Part shown: piece by piece, positions 1 through 10,161 of the stretch
Layout: the number at the start of each line of letters is the position of its first letter
Position numbering within the stretch: position 1 is the first letter of the stretch
Source: a virus
Reading direction: 5' to 3' (one strand)
Virus record (IMG/VR): IMGVR_UViG_3300035491_000322
Span: 5,034 to 69,033 of that record
DNA length: 64,000 nucleotides
The notes under the pieces: generated by a model
The model's database searches: none
The model's input: the letters and a program-made list of their open reading frames with translations, nothing else
What the model was told of the DNA's origin: nothing
Position numbers and translations under genes: made by a program

Positions 1-2165
1 ATCTGCTGACCCAGGTGGAAGACTACGCCGCCAGTGCCCTGTTTGCCCATTACCAGTACCGGCTGAAAAAAGGGCACAAACCGTCTGGCGTAAACACCTG
101 GCTGCGGCGCATGGTGGCCAAAATCCAACAGCACGCCACCCGCTTTCCCCTGCCCCTGCGGATGATTGCCAACGAACTGAAACGGGCCAACATCGCCCGG
201 GAATGGGCCAGCGCCGTGGCCGCCATCATCCAGGAGCAAACCGCCAACTTTACCCGCCAGGTGCCGGTGCGTCAGTTGCTGGATGCCGCCATGGAGCCGG
301 CCCGCCGCTGGGGGATCTCCCCGCTGCTGCCGGTGATCAAGAAGGAAGCCACCGACCGCCAGCTGGACATGGCCGCCAGTGCCCTGGCCCGGCTGCAGGA
401 TGCCCAGTGGTGGGAGCGGCAAATCACCCAGGCCTGGCGCCGCTACACCGAGCATGTGGCCATTTTGGTGGGCCGGGTACGCCGGGGCGTGAGCGCCTAT
501 GTGTCGCAGCGCACCCTGCAGGAGCACCTGGAACGCAAGCGGGCGGGCATGGCCTGGCTGAAAACCATGTATGCCATCAACGAGGAACTGGAGCTGGAAA
601 TCCCCTTGGCGGACGCGGTGAAAGCCAGCGTGGCCAATCCCGAGATCCGCCGGATGGAGCTGATGGTGCGGATGCGCGGCTTTGAAGACCTGGCCGAAGA
701 GCAGGGCCTGGTGGGCGAGTTCTACACCTGGACCGCACCCAGCAAGTACCACGCCTGGACGGTGGTGGATAACCGCAGCAAAGCGAAAAACGGCGAAAAG
801 CTGGAGAACTGGGTAAGGACCATCCAAAACGACAAGTACCAGGGCTTTACCCCCAGCGAAACCCAGGCCTACCTGTGCCGCCAGTGGAACAAGGCCCGCG
901 CCAAGCTGGACCGGCTGGGCATCCGCCGCTTTGGCTTTAGGGTGGTGGAGCCGCACCACGACGGCACCCCGCACTGGCATTTGCTGATCTTCGTGCACCC
1001 CAGCCAGCGCCGGCTGCTGCGCTCGGTGCTGCGCCATTACGCCATCGAGCACGACCGTCAGGAGCTGGGCAAAAAGGGCTACCGCGCCCGCTTCGACTGG
1101 AAGGAAATCAAAAACGAGCTGGGCAGCGCCACCGGCTACATCGCCAAGTACATCAGCAAGAACATCGACGGCTTCAATATGGACTGGGATGAAGAATCCC
1201 AGGAAGCCGCCTCCAGCTCGGCCCCGGCCGTGGCCGCCTGGGCCAGCCGGTGGCGCATCCGCCAGTTTCAGCAAATTGGCGGCCCCAGCGTGCAGGTGTG
1301 GCGGGAGCTGCGCCGGCTGCGCGAGGCCACCCGCAACCCCATTATCGAACCCGCCCGCCGTGCCGCCGACACCGGCAAGTGGGCCCAGTTTGTGGAAGCC
1401 ATGGGCGGCATCGACAGCCCGCGCCGGGATCATCTGATCAAGCTGGCCCACATCATCAAGCCCGCCGCCAGCAAATACGGGGAAGACGTGGCCAAGCTGC
1501 TGGGCCTGCGCACCATCGACATCACCACCAGCGTTAACGGCATCCCCACCGGGGTGATGGTGGGCGTGTCCGAGGCCCAAACCCGCCACCAGGGCTGGAC
1601 CTTGTCGCGGACCGGCCTTGGCGAGCGCAGCGAGCTGCCCTTAAGCGGCGGCAGCCGCGCCCCTTGGAGTTCTGACAATAACTGTACGGAGGATCAAAAA
1701 CCGGCAGGAAACGATCCGCTGGACCGGGAATTGGCCATGCTCGGCCTCGATGCCCGGGACAAGGAACGGCTGCTGAACGGCGCCGTTATCGAAATTGATG
1801 GTTTATTCATCAGCATTCGCAACGGCTGCCTTAACACCGGCCGCCACCGCCCGGGCCTGCGCCCGGCAGAAGACCCCCTCGCCATCTGGGAAGAGAACGA
1901 GTTCGCCGAACTTGAGTACGAGCGCACCCAAGAGCTTGCCGCCCATTTCCGGTACCAAGTTGCGCAGTTGCTGGACGGCGGGGGCAACATTGAAGCCTGG
2001 CTGGCCACCGTCCCCGAAGCGCACCTGCAGCTGGCCCTGGAGCAGGCCGACGTCCTACTGATGAAGATAGAAAAAGAGGCCCGCTGGATGGAAGCCGCCG
2101 AACCCAAGTACCACGAAGACGATTTTGAAGACTGGATGAACGAACTTTGCCAAGACCAGCTATGA
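1..2165 (+). CDS. P2-type replication endonuclease gpA (5' end outside window)
   Basis: Frame open from the window edge; motifs YTWTAPSKYH, RVVEPHHDGTPHWH, GYIAKYISKNIDG, WRIRQFQQIGG of rolling-circle protein A. Confidence 0.95.
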   Translation, partial: LLTQVEDYAASALFAHYQYRLKKGHKPSGVNTWLRRMVAKIQQHATRFPLPLRMIANELKRANIAREWASAVAAIIQEQTANFTRQVPVRQLLDAAMEPARRWGISPLLPVIKKEATDRQLDMAASALARLQDAQWWERQITQAWRRYTEHVAILVGRVRRGVSAYVSQRTLQEHLERKRAGMAWLKTMYAINEELELEIPLADAVKASVANPEIRRMELMVRMRGFEDLAEEQGLVGEFYTWTAPSKYHAWTVVDNRSKAKNGEKLENWVRTIQNDKYQGFTPSETQAYLCRQWNKARAKLDRLGIRRFGFRVVEPHHDGTPHWHLLIFVHPSQRRLLRSVLRHYAIEHDRQELGKKGYRARFDWKEIKNELGSATGYIAKYISKNIDGFNMDWDEESQEAASSSAPAVAAWASRWRIRQFQQIGGPSVQVWRELRRLREATRNPIIEPARRAADTGKWAQFVEAMGGIDSPRRDHLIKLAHIIKPAASKYGEDVAKLLGLRTIDITTSVNGIPTGVMVGVSEAQTRHQGWTLSRTGLGERSELPLSGGSRAPWSSDNNCTEDQKPAGNDPLDRELAMLGLDARDKERLLNGAVIEIDGLFISIRNGCLNTGRHRPGLRPAEDPLAIWEENEFAELEYERTQELAAHFRYQVAQLLDGGGNIEAWLATVPEAHLQLALEQADVLLMKIEKEARWMEAAEPKYHEDDFEDWMNELCQDQL

Positions 2166-2346
2166 AAAACCATCCGTACAACACCCGTACAAAATCGTTG
2201 ATCTTGAGTGCTCTAATCGCTATAGTTTGTGTACGGCTATCAGACGGGCAGCTCACAACCCTGACGCAGTTAGTGGCAATGACTAGTCCCCTGAAAGCTG
2301 TGTTTACAGTGGAGTTACTTTTCTACATTGAGAAGTAACCACAACC

Positions 2347-2366
2347 AGCACAAAAAGTGCTTTTTT
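2347..2366 (+). terminator. Probable intrinsic terminator after gene A region
   Basis: AGCAC-AAAAA-GTGCT hairpin followed by a T-run; short stem. Confidence 0.45.
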
Positions 2367-2505
2367 CAAGGAGTAAAACATGGAGCTCAATTTTTCGTTT
2401 GCAAGGATAAAATTATTTTTAATCTTATTTGAACCCAACAAATGGATTCTAAATAGATCCTAAAAATAGAAGGAGATTATCAGACTAATATATGAGGTAT
2501 TTGTT

Positions 2506-2826
2506 ATGGCAACTGTTGCACTGAGAAGAGATAGATCTACTCCTGCACTGCCTAAATCTAAAGATAGCAGGATAGAGCTAAAAACTAATCAACTGGTCAA
2601 AGAGACCCTTCGAACTGCGGCTGCATTCAGTGGTGTTGATTTAACGGCTTTCATTATCCAAGCAGCGTCAGAGAAAGCTCGTCGATTGCTGCTGGAGAGT
2701 CAGATTACGATGCTTTCAGCTGAAGAGTTTGACAAGGTGAACGCTCTAAATCAAGCTAATGATGCTCCAGCAGAAGGGTTAATTGACCTCATGTCCGGAG
2801 AGCTTTTTAATGAGCGCAAAGAGTGA
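2506..2826 (+). CDS. DUF1778-family (TacA/AtaR-like) RHH antitoxin
   Basis: 106 aa; KDSRIELKT..VKETLRTAAAFSGVDLTAFIIQAASEKARRLL...ITMLSAEEFDK pattern; overlaps a GNAT gene. Confidence 0.85.
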   Translation: MATVALRRDRSTPALPKSKDSRIELKTNQLVKETLRTAAAFSGVDLTAFIIQAASEKARRLLLESQITMLSAEEFDKVNALNQANDAPAEGLIDLMSGELFNERKE

Positions 2827-3385
2827 TGTAAGTCAGGAAAAAGAAGTTACATTCGAGACCAAGGTCTTCTCGAATGAAAAAAAGAAAGACCTTAAGGACT
2901 TTGACTGCGGCGATGCGGTCCTTAATAACTGCCTTATTAATGGCAAGATTAAAGACTTGGTGAGCCAGTCAATTATCACTTGCAAGTTGCTGGTTGAAGA
3001 GAAAAACTCAAAGGTTGTTGGTTTTTATACTCTTAAAAACCACACCCTTGCCCGCGGTGACTTTGAGATTACGGGGAAATTTCAAAATATACCTGTGACT
3101 AAACTTGATATGCTTGCAGTAGATAAAGGATATCAAGGTCAAGGGTTAGGCATCAAGTTGCTGAGGCAAGCTATTTCCAATGCTTTTGAAGCATCAAAGC
3201 ATGTTGGATCCAACGGCATTTATCTTGAGGCCGTAGAAGATAAAGTTAATTTCTATAGCAGGTTGGGGTTTACTGTTATAGGCGAGGCAAAGTCTCATAG
3301 TAGTGGTAATAGCCTCGTACCTATGTATCTGTCTATGCTTCAAATAAAGGCTGCTTTGAGTTGCAGAAAGGATGATGTAGCTTAA
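2810..3385 (+). CDS. GNAT acetyltransferase toxin (TacT/AtaT-like)
   Basis: LKDFDCGDAVLN, VVGFYTL, LAVDKGYQGQGLG acetyl-CoA loop, FYSRLGF; start ATG at 2810 assumed. Confidence 0.88.
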   Translation: MSAKSDVSQEKEVTFETKVFSNEKKKDLKDFDCGDAVLNNCLINGKIKDLVSQSIITCKLLVEEKNSKVVGFYTLKNHTLARGDFEITGKFQNIPVTKLDMLAVDKGYQGQGLGIKLLRQAISNAFEASKHVGSNGIYLEAVEDKVNFYSRLGFTVIGEAKSHSSGNSLVPMYLSMLQIKAALSCRKDDVA

Positions 3386-3391
3386 TCGGAT

Positions 3392-3412
3392 AGGGGCGCA
3401 TATAGCGTCCCT
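3392..3412 (+). terminator. Hairpin after GNAT toxin
   Basis: AGGGGCGC-ATATA-GCGTCCCT then a weak T tract. Confidence 0.4.
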
Positions 3413-3508
3413 TCTAACTTTCATCTCCGCTCTCAAATATCAAAGCATTCACCAACCATTCTACATTATGTTGCCACTAAAACAGAACTAACCAAGAGTG
3501 TAAGCTCA

Positions 3509-4027
3509 ATGCATTCTAATCAATACTCTATAAAGCCTATATACTTATGGGTCATACTGCTTTTGGCGTCAATCATATTATGGTCATATCAGAAGTATGA
3601 TTTATTCTTTACATCATCAATTCTCTCGTTCTTTTTTGGACTGATAACTCTTCTTGAATTGGAAACAGAACAAATCTTAAAGGGAGTATTATTGATTATC
3701 ACAGGAGCAGGATCAGGAATAATAATACAATCCCTTGCTTCTCAAGAGATAATGGAAAACTCCCCCAAAACAATACTGCATTTAGGGATCTTGAAAGACA
3801 TAATTATCTATTCATTCTCTGGTGCAGGTGGCGGGATACTTGCGACGTATGCCGACAGATATAGACATAAAACAGAAAAGGTTAACTTCCCCTGTCAAAG
3901 GCAAGAGTCATTAGTTATTAATGAGCTAAGGGAAGACATAAGAAACTTAAGAAAAAATATTTTTTATTTTTTCTCTTTTATAGCAATAACTTTAACTGCT
4001 TTGATAGTGGTGATATTGATTAAGTAA
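3509..4027 (+). CDS. Orphan multi-pass membrane protein (AT-rich cargo)
   Basis: 172 aa, several hydrophobic segments plus C-terminal coiled-coil and TM; no family recognised. Confidence 0.7.
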   Translation: MHSNQYSIKPIYLWVILLLASIILWSYQKYDLFFTSSILSFFFGLITLLELETEQILKGVLLIITGAGSGIIIQSLASQEIMENSPKTILHLGILKDIIIYSFSGAGGGILATYADRYRHKTEKVNFPCQRQESLVINELREDIRNLRKNIFYFFSFIAITLTALIVVILIK

Positions 4028-4051
4028 TTTCATAAAAAGATAATTTAAGAT

Positions 4052-4077
4052 AAAAAAGGGCGCTTACCGCGCCCCTT
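4052..4077 (-). terminator. Intrinsic terminator of ogr (convergent with cargo gene)
   Basis: AAAAAAGGGCGC-TTACC-GCGCCC; T-run on the minus strand. Confidence 0.65.
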
Positions 4078-4318
4078 CCAGTTCCCTCAGTAAATCTTTC
4101 TGTGCCCCTGGTGGCAAAGCCTTCATCAGTTGGAACGCCATCTGGGTGGTGGTTTTGGCGCTGGGGCTCAGGCTGTGCCGGTAGCCGGCGCCCATCACCC
4201 AGGTGTGGCCGCACTCGGCATCGTTGCACTGGCAATACAACTCGGTGTAATCCCGGCTCAGGCGGTTGGTTTTTGTTATCCGCCCCTTGCTTCCGCACTC
4301 TCTGCAGTAAACCCGCAT
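4064..4318 (-). CDS. ogr: Ogr/Delta zinc-finger late-gene activator
   Basis: CRECGSKGRI...LYCQCNDAECGHTW, Cys4 motif of the Ogr family. Confidence 0.92.
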   Translation of the reverse strand: MRVYCRECGSKGRITKTNRLSRDYTELYCQCNDAECGHTWVMGAGYRHSLSPSAKTTTQMAFQLMKALPPGAQKDLLRELEGAR

Positions 4319-4401
4319 GTTTAAAACTCCCCCGAGTAAACATGCACCTATGATAAATCATCCGGCACCGGATGGCAGCAAACCACTGTGTTTTTATCCA
4401 G

Positions 4402-5397
4402 TCACTCCAGCGCAAACTGCAGGGCCAGCCGCGCCGGAATATCCGGGTCCGAGTTAACCACGTCGGCGATCAGCTCGCACAGCGGCGCCACCTCGTTGCG
4501 GGTGTAAACGGCGTCGTATTTCTCCGGGTCGCCCAGGCCGCCGGTGTTGGTGGGGATGATGCCGGCCAGCCCGGGCGGAAAGCGGTGCGCGGTGAGCACG
4601 TCCTGGGCGCTGATGTTCTTGATGCGGTCAAAGTCGTCCTTGGTGGCGATGTCTCCCACCGGGATCAGCTTCACCCCGTCCGGGTTGCCGTTGGGGATGT
4701 TGATAAACAGGCTGCGGAAGTTGCCCACCCCCTTGGAGCTTTGGATCTTCTCCTTCAGCTCTTCTTCCTGGCTTTCGCTCAGGTTGGGGTCGGTGGCGTA
4801 GAAGATAAAGCCCATGTGGGCGCCGTTCTGGTAGTAGCGCCGGCGGAACAGGGTGGCGTCCCGGTTCAGCAGGGCGGACTGGATGCCGCCCAGGTAGTCC
4901 GGCAGGCCGTAGATCTGTTGGCGGGGGTCGTACTGGCTCAGGAAGATAACGTCGTCTTCCCGGTAGCGGATCTGCTGGTTGTTGGCCTGCAGCAGCACAA
5001 AATCCCCGCTCTTGTGCCGGCGCAGGTACATGGAGGGCAGCGGATGCAGCCGCACCACCCGCCCCAGGCCGTTGCGGATCTTCAAAAAAGCGGCGTCGCC
5101 GAACTGGATCAGGTTGTGGGCAAAGGCCTGCATCTGCACCCGCTTCATGCCCCCGCCGCCCTTGAACTTGCCGGCGATCATGTTGCGCCGGGCATAGAGC
5201 AGGGCCCCGTGGTGGGCGTTGGTGTTGGCAATCTGGGCCAGCCCCTGGCGGCTGACCGGGGTGCTCCAGTAGTCGGCGTAATCGTCGTAAAACAGTTCGG
5301 TGTAGTCGGTCAGCCAGCGGCCGGGCTCGATGGCCTCCGGCTCGCCAAAGCTGAACGCAACCAGATTGTTGGATTGATGGCTGGCTTGCTCGGTCAT
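4402..5397 (-). CDS. PBSX-family portal protein (P2 gpQ-like)
   Basis: Start MTEQASHQ; [45 protein letters not shown]. Confidence 0.93.
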   Translation of the reverse strand: MTEQASHQSNNLVAFSFGEPEAIEPGRWLTDYTELFYDDYADYWSTPVSRQGLAQIANTNAHHGALLYARRNMIAGKFKGGGGMKRVQMQAFAHNLIQFGDAAFLKIRNGLGRVVRLHPLPSMYLRRHKSGDFVLLQANNQQIRYREDDVIFLSQYDPRQQIYGLPDYLGGIQSALLNRDATLFRRRYYQNGAHMGFIFYATDPNLSESQEEELKEKIQSSKGVGNFRSLFINIPNGNPDGVKLIPVGDIATKDDFDRIKNISAQDVLTAHRFPPGLAGIIPTNTGGLGDPEKYDAVYTRNEVAPLCELIADVVNSDPDIPARLALQFALE

Positions 5398-7223
5398 GCT
5401 TGTATGGCCCAGGTTGAGGTGCGTTGGTTGGAGTGGTCCAGCGGCTCGTTGATCACCGCGTGGGCGATGGCGAAAAAGGCGTCGGCGTGGCCGGTGGTGG
5501 CGTCCCGCCCCGCCTTGAAGGTCATGGCATTGCCGGATCCGGTGGTGGTGCGCTTGATGGCCATAAACGCCAACGGAATGTCCTTGTGCAGCCGGTCCCA
5601 GCTGATGCGCCCGGCCTCCACCACGTCGATCATCTTCAGCACCAGGCGGTTCTTGCTCTCCACCGAGTAGTGGATGGCGTGCGCCTCGCGTGGGTACTTG
5701 GTCTTGATAAGGTCGAACACCCCGGCGCCGATGCCGGTAATGTCCACCCCGATGTAGGTCACCCGGTAGCGCTTGAACAGCTTGGCGATTTCGGCCACAT
5801 GGTGCTGAAAGTTGAGCCCCCGCCAGTGGTGCTTTTCCAGCACCCGGAACGGCTCGCCGCCGACCAGCGGCGGGGCCAGCACCACCAGGGTGGCGTTGTC
5901 GCGGGTGCGGCTCGGGTCGTAGCCCAGCCACACCTCGCGGGTACCGAACGGCCGGGCCGCGCGCGGGTCGAAGTCTTCCCACTGGGCGGTGTCGACGCCG
6001 CAGCCTTCCAGCTGGTTGAACTTGAACACGCTGGCTTCGTCGTCGACGAACTCGCACATAAACAGGTTGCGGAACACCTCGTCGGCGTACTCGTCGCGCA
6101 GCTCGTCAACGTCAATGAGGTTGCAGCCGCTGGCCACCGCGTCTTCCACCGTGATGGCGTAGCGCCATTGCCGGTCCGGGCATACCCGGCCGCCGTCCTG
6201 GTAGTCGGCCAGGGTCGGGAATTCGATATCCTTGCGGCTGTCCTTGCCGTCCTTCCAGCTGTCGCCGGTCCAGAAGCCATAGCCCGGGTGCGACTTGGCC
6301 GAGGGGGTGGAGAAGTAGGTTTTCCGCCACCGGCTCTGGGTGGCCATGGCAGAGGCCACGTTGGACAGCTTGGTAAAGCCCGGGATCCAGAAGTATTCGT
6401 CGATGTAGACGTTGCCGGAGCGGGACTGGGCGCTGTTGGAGTTGGTGGACAGAAAGTGCAGCTCGGCACAGTTGCTTAAGATTATCGGGTTGCCCGACAG
6501 CTCCACCCCCAGAAACTCCCGGGCGATGTTGATGATGTAGGAGCGGAACACCTCGGCCTGGGCCCGGGTGGCGGACAGGAAGATCTGGTTGCCGCCGGTG
6601 ATGACGGCGTCTTCCAGGGCCTCGCCGGCGAAGTAGTAGGTCATGCCGATTTGGCGGCTTTTCAGGATGTTGCGGGTGCGCGGGATGGCCGGGTCGTTCT
6701 TGGCCTCGCGGCAGCGCAGCTGATAGCCGAACAGGGTGCCCAGCCAGCCCTCGAAGTCCTCGGGCAGCAGCTCGCCGATGTCGTTCTTGCGCTGCTTGCC
6801 CCTCTTGCCTTTACCACCCTTGGCCTGGCCCCCGCCGCGCTTGCCGCGCCGCCCGTTCGGCTCCGGCCATTCATCCGCCGGCACCCCGGCGGCCAGGGCC
6901 GCTTCCCGCTCCTTCAGGGCCAGCTCTTTCTCGCGCAGCTGCACCAGGTCTTTCTTCAGCCGCACATGCTGGCCGATCAGCCGGTCCAGTTCGTCCAGCT
7001 CGGCCGGGGTCTTCTTTTCCCGGGCCAGCAGCAGCTGCACCCGCCGGGCGATGGCGTCTTCCAGCTGCTCGTCGGACAGCAGCGCGTCCCAGCTGTATTT
7101 TTCCACCCACTGGTACACCACCCGCGCCGAGTTCAGGCCCAGCTCCTGGGCGATTTCCCGGGGCAGCCAGCGCTTGAGGTAAAGCCCCTTGGCGGCGTTG
7201 CGGATTTCTTCGGTGTAGGCCAT
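5394..7223 (-). CDS. Terminase ATPase subunit (P2 gpP-like)
   Basis: [44 protein letters not shown]. Confidence 0.95.
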   Translation of the reverse strand: MAYTEEIRNAAKGLYLKRWLPREIAQELGLNSARVVYQWVEKYSWDALLSDEQLEDAIARRVQLLLAREKKTPAELDELDRLIGQHVRLKKDLVQLREKELALKEREAALAAGVPADEWPEPNGRRGKRGGGQAKGGKGKRGKQRKNDIGELLPEDFEGWLGTLFGYQLRCREAKNDPAIPRTRNILKSRQIGMTYYFAGEALEDAVITGGNQIFLSATRAQAEVFRSYIINIAREFLGVELSGNPIILSNCAELHFLSTNSNSAQSRSGNVYIDEYFWIPGFTKLSNVASAMATQSRWRKTYFSTPSAKSHPGYGFWTGDSWKDGKDSRKDIEFPTLADYQDGGRVCPDRQWRYAITVEDAVASGCNLIDVDELRDEYADEVFRNLFMCEFVDDEASVFKFNQLEGCGVDTAQWEDFDPRAARPFGTREVWLGYDPSRTRDNATLVVLAPPLVGGEPFRVLEKHHWRGLNFQHHVAEIAKLFKRYRVTYIGVDITGIGAGVFDLIKTKYPREAHAIHYSVESKNRLVLKMIDVVEAGRISWDRLHKDIPLAFMAIKRTTTGSGNAMTFKAGRDATTGHADAFFAIAHAVINEPLDHSNQRTSTWAIQA

Positions 7224-7286
7224 GGCGGTCCGTGGTGGTGATGAATGCGGCCATCATACCCACCGAAAACCGCCACCTATCGCCAT

Positions 7287-7325
7287 GAAATTCCGAGAAA
7301 TTCCGATTTCCCGAAAATCGGAATT
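7287..7325. promoter_or_regulatory. Palindrome in the divergent late-promoter region; candidate Ogr-family activator site
   Basis: AATTCCGATTT-N5-AAATCGGAATT (7299-7325) plus tandem GAAATTCCGA x2 (7287-7306). Confidence 0.5.
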
Positions 7326-7399
7326 CGGTGGAACGGCCCTTGATGAAATCCCCTTCACAAGCCCCTAGCCTGTCGCCATCACAGAACACGAGCAGGCAC

Positions 7400-8278
7400 A
7401 TGAAACCCGATTCACGGTTACGCACAGGCTGGATTTGCATTGCCACCGAGGGCAACAGCATCGACGGGCGTTTTATCTCCCGCGAGTGGCTGACCGACAT
7501 GGCCGAAACCTACGACCCGGACCACTACACCGCCGTTATCTGGCCGGATCACTCTCGCTGGTCGGCCATGGGCACCGTGGAAGCGCTCAAGGCCGAGCCA
7601 GTGGACGGCAAGATGAAGCTGTTTGCCGTGCTGCGCCCGACCCGGGATCTCATTTACTACAACCAGCTTGGCCAGTACCAGTTCTGCAGCATCGAGCCCC
7701 TGGAGCAATTCGCCGGCGGCGACAAAACCTACCTGGGCGGCCTGGGCGTCACCGACCGTCCGGCCAGCACCGGCACCACCCGCATGCAGTTCAGTGCCAA
7801 GGACAAAGCCCCCAAGCTCATCGGCGAAAGCCAGCCGCTCAGCCTGGCCGAACTGGCCGACCGCGAGCAGGAAGCCGGCCTGTTCAAGAAGTTTATGGCC
7901 TGGTTCAAAACCCAGGAACAAGAGCCCCCTGCCCCCACCAATAACACCCCCGAGGATCCAGCAATGGACAAAGAGCAGTTCAACGAGCTGATGAACACGG
8001 TTAAAGGCATCGCCACCAAGCAGGGCGAGCTGGAAACCAAGTTCGAGCAGTTCAGCAAAAAAGACGAGCCCGCCCCCGAGCCGGAAGTAAAGCCCGAGCC
8101 CGCCCCGGCCCCCGCCGGCGTCACCGCCGAGCAGTTCAGCGAGCTGCTGAACGCCGTCAAGGGCGTGGCCGAGAAGCAGGGCGCGCTGGAAACCCAGTTT
8201 TCCGCCCTACTGAAGGAAGCGCCCGGCCAGAACCCCAATCCCGCCCCCGCCGGCGGCGACGTCTATCACCTGGTGTAA
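7400..8278 (+). CDS. Capsid scaffolding/protease (P2 gpO-like)
   Basis: WICIATEGNSIDGR, MAETYDP, YLGGLGVTDRPASTGT. Confidence 0.92.
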   Translation: MKPDSRLRTGWICIATEGNSIDGRFISREWLTDMAETYDPDHYTAVIWPDHSRWSAMGTVEALKAEPVDGKMKLFAVLRPTRDLIYYNQLGQYQFCSIEPLEQFAGGDKTYLGGLGVTDRPASTGTTRMQFSAKDKAPKLIGESQPLSLAELADREQEAGLFKKFMAWFKTQEQEPPAPTNNTPEDPAMDKEQFNELMNTVKGIATKQGELETKFEQFSKKDEPAPEPEVKPEPAPAPAGVTAEQFSELLNAVKGVAEKQGALETQFSALLKEAPGQNPNPAPAGGDVYHLV

Positions 8279-8287
8279 GGAGCCGAC

Positions 8288-9337
8288 ATGAGCATGATCC
8301 TCACCCCCGCCGCCGGCGCCATGCTGAATAAATACTTCAGCCAATTGGCCCAGGGCTACGGCATCGACCTGGGCGCGCTGCAGCGCGGCGAGAAGTTCAG
8401 CGTCACCCCGCCGATGGAAACCCGGCTGCGCGCCGCCCTGCTGGAGTCGGCCGACTTCCTGCGCATGATCACCCTGGTCGACGTGGACCAGATCAAGGGC
8501 CAGGTGGTCGACGTGGGCATCGGCAGTATCCACACCGGCCGTAAAGCCAATGGCCGCTTCCTGAAAAACGTGGGCGTGGGCGGCCACGGCTATGAGCTGG
8601 TGGAAACCGACTCCGGCGCCGTGCTGCCCTGGTCTACCCTCGCCGGCTGGGCCAATGCCGGCAGCGAAGGCGAATTTATGCGCCTGGTGAACGAGTTCAT
8701 CAACCGCACCTTCGCGCTGGACATGATCCGGGTGGGCTTTAACGGCACCTCGGCCGCCGCCGATACCGACCCGGCGGCCAACCCCCTCGGCCAGGACGTG
8801 AACAAGGGCTGGCAGCAGCTGGTGCGCGAGTGGAACGACGGCTCGCAGATCGTGGGCTCGGCCCAGAGCAAGATCTACTTCGACCCCGACGGCCAGGGCG
8901 ACTACAAGACCCTGGACGCCATGGCCTCGGACCTTATCAACAGCACCATCGACCCGGCGTTTCGCAACGATCCGCGCCTGACCGTGCTGGTGGGTGCCGA
9001 TCTGGTGGCCGCCGCCCAGGGCCGGCTTTATCAGGAAGCCGACAAGCCCAGCGAGCAGATCCTGGCCCAGCAGCTGGCCACCAGTGTTGCCGGCCGCCGT
9101 GCCATCACCCCGCCCTTCTTCCCGGGCAAGCGCATGGTGGTGACCATTCCGGCCAACCTGCACCTCTACACCCAGCGCGGTACCCGCCAGCGCAGCGCGG
9201 CCCACAACCAGGACCGCAAGGGCTTCGAGAGCCAGTACTGGCGGATGGAAGGCTACGCCGTGGGCGAGTACCGCGCCTATGCCTCCTTCGACGAGTCCGG
9301 GATCGAAATCGCCCCGGCACCGGCACCGGCGGGCTAA
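8288..9337 (+). CDS. Major capsid protein, P2 family
   Basis: FSVTPPMETRLRAALLESADFL, LDMIRVGFNGTS, NPLGQDVNKGW. Confidence 0.93.
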   Translation: MSMILTPAAGAMLNKYFSQLAQGYGIDLGALQRGEKFSVTPPMETRLRAALLESADFLRMITLVDVDQIKGQVVDVGIGSIHTGRKANGRFLKNVGVGGHGYELVETDSGAVLPWSTLAGWANAGSEGEFMRLVNEFINRTFALDMIRVGFNGTSAAADTDPAANPLGQDVNKGWQQLVREWNDGSQIVGSAQSKIYFDPDGQGDYKTLDAMASDLINSTIDPAFRNDPRLTVLVGADLVAAAQGRLYQEADKPSEQILAQQLATSVAGRRAITPPFFPGKRMVVTIPANLHLYTQRGTRQRSAAHNQDRKGFESQYWRMEGYAVGEYRAYASFDESGIEIAPAPAPAG

Positions 9338-9341
9338 CTGA

Positions 9342-10055
9342 ATGAGCACCCCGGCCCAGCGGCATCGTGATCGGCACCGCGCCCTGCAGGCGGCCACCCA
9401 GGCCGCCTGCACCGGGCAAGCCGAGGGCGAGCTGGCCCACAGCCTGCACCTGCAACTGCTGGCCCTGGAGCAGGACCAGCAGCGGCTGAAGGCGCTGGAC
9501 CGCATCGGCGACAAGATTGCGCTCAAGCGCGAGCTGCTGCCCAAGTACCGCCCCTATGTGGAGCAGTACCTGGCCGGGGACAAGAGCCACCAGAACCCGC
9601 TGTTCGCCACCCTCATCGTCTGGCTGTTCGACCTGGGCGAGTTCGAGCAGGCCCTGGACTGGGCCGAACGGGCGATTGCCCAGGGCCAGCACACCCCGCC
9701 CCGGCTCAAGCGCGACTTTCCCCACTTTGTGGCGGACACCGTGCTGGAGTGGGCCGAGCAGCAGGCGGCCGAAGGCCAGGCGGTAGAGCCCTACTTCGGC
9801 CGGGTGTTCGCCCATGTGGTCAAGGACTGGCGGCTGAATGAAAAGCTCACCGCCAAGTATTTCAAGTTCGCCGGGCTGCTGTTGCTGCGCGACGCCACCG
9901 GCGAGCCCCGGGCCAGCGCAGTGAATGATCCGGACGTACTGGAACAGGCCGACGCCCTGCTGGCGAAGGCCCACGAATGGGATCCGGTGGGTGCCCAGGT
10001 AAAAACCCACCGGAGCCGGATTGCCATGCGCCTGCGAGCGCTCGAGCAAGACTAG
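9342..10055 (+). CDS. Terminase endonuclease (small) subunit (gpM-like)
   Basis: Position after capsid; KIALKRELLPKYRPYV, IVWLFDLGEFEQALDWA. Confidence 0.88.
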   Translation: MSTPAQRHRDRHRALQAATQAACTGQAEGELAHSLHLQLLALEQDQQRLKALDRIGDKIALKRELLPKYRPYVEQYLAGDKSHQNPLFATLIVWLFDLGEFEQALDWAERAIAQGQHTPPRLKRDFPHFVADTVLEWAEQQAAEGQAVEPYFGRVFAHVVKDWRLNEKLTAKYFKFAGLLLLRDATGEPRASAVNDPDVLEQADALLAKAHEWDPVGAQVKTHRSRIAMRLRALEQD

Positions 10056-10161
10056 CTCCAACGCCGCCGCCCCCCGGCGGCCAGGGTCCGGCCAGGCCAT
10101 GCCATGAGCCGAGTCCCTAAGCCGTGGCCAGGGGGGCACCTATTCAACCAGAGGGCAAGCC

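Noticed and set aside
2147-2338. 63-aa ORF overlapping the end of gene A
   Set aside because: No convincing RBS or family signal; straddles the GC boundary; cannot be supported
4402-6057. 551-aa portal as given in the ORF track
   Set aside because: The N-terminal 220 aa overlap the terminase in another frame; the start was reassigned to 5397 (similar trimming applied to umuC, O, capsid and others)
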